Assembly: GCA_012295275.1 (NCBI GenBank)
Contig: CM022670.1
Location: 41,912,001 to 41,976,000, forward strand
Direction of reading: 5' to 3'
Source: Chrysomallon squamiferum
Taxonomy: Eukaryota; Animalia; Mollusca
Length of the DNA: 64,000 nucleotides
In this document: positions 55,297 to 64,000 of the stretch, piece after piece
Layout: each line of letters begins with the position of its first letter
How positions within the stretch are numbered: position 1 is the first letter of the stretch
Notes under the pieces: generated by a model
Database searches by the model: none
What the model was told of the DNA's origin: nothing
What the model saw: only the letters and a program-made list of their open reading frames with translations
Program-made: the position numbers and the translations under genes

Positions 55297-58200
55297 ATAT
55301 ATATACACACACATTTAATACACATCAAATCCCAGTATTTTCTGTTTTTATAACCACATTTAACACAAATACAACAGACAATTTAAAAAAAAAGATAAAC
55401 AGATTTGTAAAATTTAACATCATCAACAGCGAATTATGAATAACGTCAGTTAGAAAACAAATAATTTTAATAACGTCAGTTATAAAACAAATAAGTTGAA
55501 TAATATTAATTAATATATATATTTTGAATAATCTTAATTAGAAAACAAAAAAACAAATTAATTTGAATAATATCAGAAAAAACCCAACATCAAACCAAAC
55601 AACCGGAAAAAAAAAGAGAAAGAAAACAACGTTAGTTTAAAAATAGCGTTACAAAAACAAAGGTAATTTAAAAAAACAGTATTTCATCTAACAAAGAAAT
55701 ACCTGCGTATTTTAAAACTGTGTTCAGGTGTACTCGATAACTCACCTTTCCCTTCACGTTCATCTTCCTGCCTCACGCTTCTTTCAATTATCGCTACCTG
55801 GAGTTAATTCTGTGTACACGCGCGGCCAATCTCAAAATCGAAATCAGACTATCTTACCTTGGACGCAACAATGTGATCGGCTTTGCTCTCTCGTTTAATC
55901 AATGCGTCGCAGCTTGCCCGCTTTACTTTCTTTGCCCATCCGCCATTTTGAGTCGTTCTTGTCACCAATAAATAAATATATGTGTGTGATTCACTTACCT
56001 AGATGTTCAGTGCAGGTAGCACAGTGCCAGGGATCAATACAACATTTTAAAACGTTACCTGTGTCTTAGATCTGCTCTGACGAACAGATTTTTTCGGCAT
56101 CCCTTGTCAGCGCTGCTGTGATAAGAGTAAAAGTTTTTAGTTTTTTTCTGGTGGTGAAACGAGGTTTAACACGTCCTGTTGTTTAAACTTGTCGATTTCT
56201 TTCAGTTTTTAACGTCACACTCGATTTCATACACTTTTCTTACGGTTAATTGACGTCAGTTTCGATTTCATACAACACTGAAAGTGTTTCTCTTCAAATG
56301 TCGCTTTGTAACTTACACAATCAGTAACAGTTACTGAACGTTAGAGTAACATCTTCAGATACCTCCGTCACAGCTGTTTAACGTCACTTTAAGTTTCTGT
56401 AACAGTTTATAACGTCAAAAATACGTAAGCACACATCAGTGTAACATTTGCTGAACGTCGGTTCACGTTACTCGGCGGCTTGTCTGTGAAAACTCCGGTA
56501 ATGGCATCAGCCTGAACCCGCCACACAAACAACTCAGCGATCACCCCCGACTCTGCGAGAACAGCCTGCCGAAACAGCAGACCAGCGAGAACTGAGGGGA
56601 GACACGAAGAGGGGTGCGAGCGGACACTCTCACCCTCCTAGATTAATGACGTTTTCCTGTCAATAGCCGCCCCAGGGGTTCACAGAGGCATCCCACTTAT
56701 CGATTCACTGCCGACTAGCACGTGCTGCGGATCATTACAAACGACTTGCCTGCTTCTCTTGTGCATATGGTTCCCGCGACTGGAGTACGTAGAACAATGA
56801 CAAAGACCTATTTACAATCCGTGCACCCGCCCGGCACTTCGTTAATAATTTACAAAAACAACTAACTAGTGAGTCGCTCGTACGAAATTAGAAATTTGAA
56901 AAAGTTTTTATTTTAGATATTTGACACTTGGTGTAACTGAACTAAAATTGGGGGGGTGTTTAGTAATGGGGGAGTGACTCATTCTTCAGTAACGTTACAT
57001 GTTACGCCCTCGATTCAACTAAACGTGAACTAAACGTTGTTACGTTTTCATCTGAACTAAAACAGAACAGACACAGAGGGAAATAAATGTGGCCAGTACG
57101 AGCACGTCGTGGACAACGTTTTCACAACTACAACAGCAACACAAAGACACTAGCTAGCGGGGGGCGACTTCGGCAGCACGTTTGAAACACTGACGTGTTT
57201 GTAGTCGCTGATAAACAAAACAGTGGAGGTTTCGAGAAACTTTTTTTTGTTATTTGATTATTTCACTTGTTAAAACTGACACGTCAGAGATCGCGAGATC
57301 GATCCCAGACTAACCATAGCTAGTTCAATCTGTTACTTGTTGTTATTATTATTATTATTATTGTTGTTATTATTAATATTAATATTATTATTGTTGTTGT
57401 TGTTGTTGTTGTTGTTATTATTATTATTAATATTAATATAATTGTTGTTGTTATTATTATTATTACATGATCAAATGAAATTTAAAAAAAATATTTTAAA
57501 TGAAAACAAGTGATATTAAAACATTTAACAAAATAATTTTCAGTACAAGATGTAAAAAAAATATAAATAACAAAAAAAAAGAAAAGAAAGATAATTATAC
57601 AAAAAAATGTGCTTTTTGAAAGTATGTAAGGAAAACGACTGTACAAGCCCAGTTCTCTTGTACAAAGCATTGTGGGTTAATGACATGCGCACTTGTTCGC
57701 CTGCTGAGCTGGTGTAAGTGGGAGACGTGGTTGCCTCTGAGGTGCCAATGCCAGGAAAAAGCGTCAAAGTTCTTCACAGATCGATACAACTCGTTCCTGC
57801 TCGCCTCATCTGTGGAGCCTGTGGGGGTCACAAGACGTTCATCCAGTATCAGCGCGTGTAGCAGTCACGTAAGAAAGATGAATAACTGAATTTTCTGCCA
57901 GTCTGACTTGGCACAGTGCAGGGTAACCAGTCTGCGGAGAAATGAAACACCGCCGCGTTTGATGAATCGCAGAGATCTCTGGCGTTAACAGCTCCGCATA
58001 ATTCAGTCTCGTGTCTGCATATTCATGACTCTGCCAGAGCAAGTCTACACACCCATCTACTTAGATCTACTATCATCTTTCACCAATTAGTCGACTTAAA
58101 TCTACGAGACATCTTCATTAAGTAAACAAGTCTGAGTAATTAGTATCTACTTAAACCTACGTATCAAAACAAGTCTGAATTGGTATCTACTTAAATACAC

Positions 58201-58701
58201 GTATCATCTTTCACTAAATAAAATTTCTACGTAAAGAGTGTCTATTTAAATTTATATATCTATCACGATTTAAGCAAGACTACAGAAAGTATATCTACTT
58301 AACTGTTACATACATACACACATACATACACACATACATACACACATAAACATACACACACATACACATACATACAAACACACACACACACCCACACACT
58401 CACATAAAGCATCGGCTCTGTTATATACGTCACAGTTTCATGAGTTACGTAATTATATATTTACTTACTTACCGATTTATTTATTATTTCATTTATTTAT
58501 TTGTTTGTTTTCTGACTTTAAGTAAGTAAGTAAGTAAATAAATAAATAAAACAAAACAAAACAAAATAAAATAAAATGAACAAGTAGGAAACTGAAAGAT
58601 ATAATTAAAAAGAAAACATTAGCAAAATAAAAAATTTAAAAATTAAATTCAGTTGATTTTCCTCATTTGTTTCCTACTTCCTGTTTGCTGGTCTCTGTTT
58701 C

Positions 58702-58749
<48 letters not shown>

Positions 58750-59785
58750 AATGTATGTATGCATATGTATGTACAGAGACATTAATACTGAGTGAATTCG
58801 TATGCACCTATGTAGTCAACTATAATTATTTGAATTTCTATACGTTTTCGAGTCGTTTTAATTTAATTTTTAATAATTAATTTCTATTTAGAAACGTATT
58901 GTTAAAAAATAAAACATTGTATTAAAATAATGACAAAATTAAAAATGCAATGACGTATTACAGCATTACATTACATCATAATGGTACATGACGTTATGAC
59001 GGCTATGGCGGTTAAGTAAAGATGTAATACTTTTATGAACTTTTATCTGACAACAAGTAAAACAACAGTGGTAAAAGGGTTGTGTGTTGGAAAAGTAGCA
59101 AGCAGGAGAGAGAAAACGAATGGTAACAGCTTGTGTGAAAGTGATACCACGTTGTAGCAAGACATTGTCAGTCTCATCTTGTTATTGATTATTTTAATGT
59201 CGACTTTTTTCTTCTTTTTTTTTAGACAGAGAGAATATCTCCAGCAGGTAAAACATACCTGTGTCAGAAAAAATATATTCACTAAATGTATGCGTGTGTG
59301 CATATATCTGTTGTATGTATATGTGTGTATATGTGTATGTATGAATGTGTATATGAATGTGTCTGTGTATATATATATAGATAGATATAGATATATATGT
59401 GTATATTTGCATGTATGTATGCATTATGAATGTATTCATGAATCTATGAATGCGCGAAAAAGCATAAAATTAATTAAATTTTTTATACAATTATTAATCA
59501 GTTATTATTTCAGAACTAATGTTAACATATTTCTATATATTAATTTTGTGTGTGTGTTTAATGAAAAACCAATTAAATATTTAAACAATCCTTTTTTTCT
59601 TTTTCTTTTTTTTAAAACCTGTAATTAATAATGCATCATTTTGCTACCAAAGCATTTTATTTTATTTTATTGTTTTTCATGTTAAAAAGTCAGAAACGTA
59701 ATCTGTTTGAAATGAGAGCAGTTAAAACAGGCAACGACTTTTACTTTTTAAAACTATTTTACAATTTGAAGTACAAGTTTTTTTT

Positions 59786-60122
59786 GTTTAATTTACAGTT
59801 TTTGATTATCAAGTAAAATTTATCTAACTTTTGTTTAATTTACAGTTTTTGATTATCAAGTAAAATATATCTAACTTTTGATTTAATTTACAGTTTTTGA
59901 TTATCAAGTAAAATATATCTAACTTTTGTTTAATTTACAGTTTTTGATTATCAAGTAAAATATATCTAACTTTTATTTAATTTACAGTTTTTGATTATCA
60001 AGTAAAATATATCTAACTTTTATTTAATTTACAGTTTTTGATTATCAAGTAAAATATATCTAACTTTTGTTTAATTTATAGTTTTTGATTATCAAGTAAA
60101 ATATATCTAACTTTTGTTTACT
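59786..60122. repeat. 47-bp minisatellite, about 7 copies
   Basis: Unit tttaatttacagtttttgattatcaagtaaaatatatctaactttt(g/a); period 47-48. Confidence 0.95.
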
Positions 60123-60390
60123 ATAGAGCTGTTTGTAATGAAGTATAATATTATATGATTATTTTTTTTTTTTTTAATTATCAAGTATAATGTATATAAA
60201 ACTTTTTTAATGTATTGTTCTCTGTTATCAAATAAAAAAAGCATATTACAGATTTTTCGAAAGTAGTTAAAAAAAAAAAATTTTGAAAAGAGAAAAAAAA
60301 ATCGCGCTATTGAACGTCAGTAGCACAGCACATACCTCAGTTTTATCTCACAAAACATATCTCCACTCTCGTTTTTGTATTTATACTAAG

Positions 60391-60455
<65 letters not shown>

Positions 60456-60680
60456 AAAAAAGAAAAGAAAAAACAAACAGTTACAAGAGCGTTTTGTAAC
60501 AGCGGCCTACTGCCAACTGTGTTACTTTGTTTTGAAAATGAACAAAAAGAAGAAACACGACAAAACAGCAGCAGGATTGAAGAGCCTAACTAGAGTGACT
60601 TAGAGCAGCGTTCTCAGCCTTTTTCTAAAACAAAAATTATTTATTTATTTATTTATTACTATTATTATTATTATTATTAT

Positions 60681-60713
<33 letters not shown>

Positions 60714-61155
60714 CAGTAGTAGTATTAATATTACTTTTACTACTACTACAACTATTATTATTATTATTATTATTATTATTACTACTACTTATACTACTAG
60801 TATTATTATTATTATCATCATCATCATTATCATTATCAGTTTTTTTTTTTTTTCAATATTTCTTCTCAGGTTCAGTAGCCTCGTTCTACAAGAACACAGA
60901 AAGTCACGTGACCGCTGTCAAACGTCTACAGCGACAGATAAAACTCCTGCCAAGAAAGGCTACCATCAACATGTTTCATATATATCTTATAAAACATATC
61001 CACTAACAGTCTCACTCTAGCATTACTAAAAACCAGTTAAAATAGTATAACAGTAAAATATATAAATAATTACTCGTTTAATTAACATGTAACAAGCAAT
61101 ATCTATTTCTACATACTTGCTAATATGTTAATAGCAATACAACAATTAAGAGAGA

Positions 61156-61725
61156 GTGAATGTTAACTAATATGTTAACATGATAGTAATCACTGAATGT
61201 TAACTAATATGTCAACATGATAGTAATAAGTGAATGGTAACTAATATGTTAACATGATAGTAATAAGTGAATGTTAACTAATATGTTAACATGATAGTAA
61301 TCACTGAATGTTAACTAATATGTCAACATGATAGTAATCACTGAATGTTAACTAATATGTCAACATGATAGTAATAAGTGAATGTTAACTGATATGTCAA
61401 CATGATAGTAATAAGTGAATGTTAACTAATATGTTAACATGATAGCAATACGTGAATGTTAACTAATATGTTAACATGATAGTAATCACTGAATGTTAAC
61501 TAATATGTCAACATGATAGTAATAAGTGAATGGTAACTAATATGTTAACATGATAGTAATAACTGAATATTAACTAATATGTCAACATGATAGTAATAAG
61601 TGAATGTTAACTAATATATCAACATGATAGTAATCACTGAATGTTAACTAATATGATAACATGATAGTAATAAGTGAATGGTAACTTTAATATGTTAAGA
61701 TGATAGTAATAAGTGAATGTTAAGT
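61156..61725. repeat. 37-bp minisatellite, about 15 copies
   Basis: Unit gtgaatgttaactaatatgt(t/c)aacatgatagtaataa, containing GTTAAC palindromes. Confidence 0.95.
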
Positions 61726-62243
61726 TTGAAGGTTGTTTGAAGGTATATAAAAGCGAATACTAATATGTTAACGTATAATAACAAAGTAAGTGTTTCTCAT
61801 TTGAACGGACGGTAATACTAATAACAATCACGACCTTCCCACTAACATGTTGAAAATAAATATTTTCTCATATATGTCCTTAAGAATGTATATATCTATA
61901 TATCTATATTCACAGATACACGTTCATACACATTCTCACAAAATCACGCACTCGCAATACGAACAAAAAACAAATAAAGAAGAAAAGAAAGAAAGAAAGA
62001 AGGAAGGAAGGAAAAAACAAAAAACAGACAAAAATACAAAACAACAACAAATAAGTAAGTAAACAAATAAGTAAGTAAACAAATAAGTAAGTTAACAAAT
62101 AAGTAAGTAAACAAATAAGTAAGTAAACAAACAAGTAAGTTAACAAATAAGTAAGTAAACAAATAAGTAAGTAAACAAACAAGTAAGTTAACAAATAAGT
62201 AAGTAAACAAATAAGTAAGTAAACAAACAAGTACTTAGATTAC

Positions 62244-62510
62244 CTCATCCTGACCGGAGCAGTCAGAAAAGTAGCCCTTGTTGCGCATGTGATTCAAGTA
62301 CGTCTGCGTGATCGGGATGCTGAAGTCAATGATTGGTGGATCATCGATCACGTGAGGAAGAACATCCGGTGTGCTCGCTTTCTGCAGTGGCGCGTTTGTT
62401 TCGTTATTATTACGTTCAAAAGACAGGTGCATCCGTTTCTGGCAGTCTGCGCATGACATGAGAAAGCGCGTGACCGCCTCACGTGGCAGAAAAGAATAGG
62501 TTTCAGCGAT
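62244..62510 (-). CDS. NOL4: NOL4-like exon carrying the CxxC half of the integrase-type zinc-binding (H2C2) domain; upstream exons are outside the window
   Basis: IAETYSFLPREAVTRFLMSCADCQKRMHL...IDFSIPITQTYLNHM...QDE matches NOL4. Boundaries TTCCAG|ATC and GAG|GTAATC. Confidence 0.95.
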
Positions 62511-62985
62511 CTGGAAGAAAAAGGAAACGAATTGAGAGAAAAATAAAATCATTAAACTGTGATGAAGCGAGCAGAAAGAAACAACAGTTCTTCTACCTTT
62601 CTTACGTTTTATCATCATCATCATCATCATCATTATTACTATTACTATTATTAACAGTAATATTATTATTATTTTCATTATTATTACTATATTATTAATA
62701 CTATTTTCATTATTGTTATTGTCGCTGTTGTTATTATTATTATTATCATTATTATTATCGTTATTATCGTTATTATTATTATTATTTTCAAAATTATTAT
62801 TATTATTATCATAATCATCATCATAATTATTGTGATAACTGTTATTATTACTATCATCATCACCATCTTCATAATTATTAGTATATCATTATCATTACTA
62901 TTATTACTATTATTGTGATCATCATTATTATTATCATAACCATTATTATTATTGTCATTATCATATCATTATTATTATTATTATT

Positions 62986-63029
<44 letters not shown>

Positions 63030-63030
63030 T

Positions 63031-63091
<61 letters not shown>

Positions 63092-63180
63092 TTATTATTA
63101 TTATTTTTATTATTTTTATTATTATTATTATTATAAATGCTGTTGTTACTGCTGTTAATGCTACTGCAACTAGTACTACT

Positions 63181-63261
63181 ACAGAATCCGATATTTGTCG
63201 GAAATATCCGACTGTTACCGATTATTTATTTTTCAGTAATACTGCTTCTAAGATTGTAAAT
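63181..63261 (+). repeat. Dispersed repeat fragment, copy 2
   Basis: Aligns by eye to 18575-18653. Confidence 0.75.
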
Positions 63262-63900
63262 AGCTTTACAAAAATAACAACAACCACCACCACTACTACT
63301 ACTACTACTTTTACTACTAGTACTACCACTATTACTTTTAACTACTTCTACTTGCACTACTATACTGCTGCTTATCTGCTACTGCTGATGTCAACAAATA
63401 AACACACTAGAAATATTTGTGGCTAATTTCAGAAACGAAGTAAATGAAAATATTCAGCAGCTTCTCAACACATGATAAAAACATTTGAACTTTCCCCGAT
63501 GAATCAGAAGCCAAATCAAAACGACCTTCATCAGTTCAAGGACAAAGTCTGGAACTGGATTTCAGTCTAGCTAAAGTTTACGTCATGACCTCTCGAAAAC
63601 TGAGATAAAACAGTTATTAATGTTATATATATTTTTTTTATTATTATTATTACTATTATTATTATTATTTTTTTAAAAATACGCTAATTGATCCGTTTTT
63701 TGTTAGATCCGTAATGAAAACATAATTTGTAATGTAAAATATAACGTCAAGCAATTCTGTTGTTCCTAAGCATTCTTCAGTAATAACATGAAAATCAATT
63801 ATCACTGACATTTTGTCATCTAAACATTTTAAAAATCTAAAATTATTACTAACGTCATCAACATTATCATCATTAAAGTTATTATTATTATTAGTAGTAT

Positions 63901-63980
<80 letters not shown>

Positions 63981-64000
63981 TTATTAGTATTAGTAGTAGT

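Overview
AT-rich, microsatellite-dense metazoan genomic DNA with GT-AG introns, probably a mollusc or other lophotrochozoan (inferred from composition and repeat style, not proven). The left third (1-22.5 kb) holds a tandem cluster of four divergent CABIT-domain genes of the GAREM/THEMIS/Serrano family. A is on the - strand with only its first coding exon in the window; B is - strand, 640 aa, CABIT + tyrosine-rich linker + GAREM-type SAM domain; C is + strand, 370 aa; D is - strand, 415 aa. All four share a phase-1 intron inside the motif IPxxYxG|. The remaining 29.3-62.5 kb holds eight coding exons of a NOL4/NOL4L ortholog on the - strand, whose 5' end lies outside the window. The notable points are: the lineage-expanded CABIT cluster next to NOL4, which mirrors the human GAREM1-NOL4 linkage on 18q12.1; a NOL4 splice acceptor copied about 16 times into a 41-bp minisatellite; candidate internal first exons of NOL4; uORFs abutting CABIT start codons; and shared AAAACCGGTTTT (Grainyhead-type) palindromes upstream of two CABIT genes. 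Most other ORFs in the supplied track are simple-repeat artefacts. All homology calls are by-eye recognition, not database searches.
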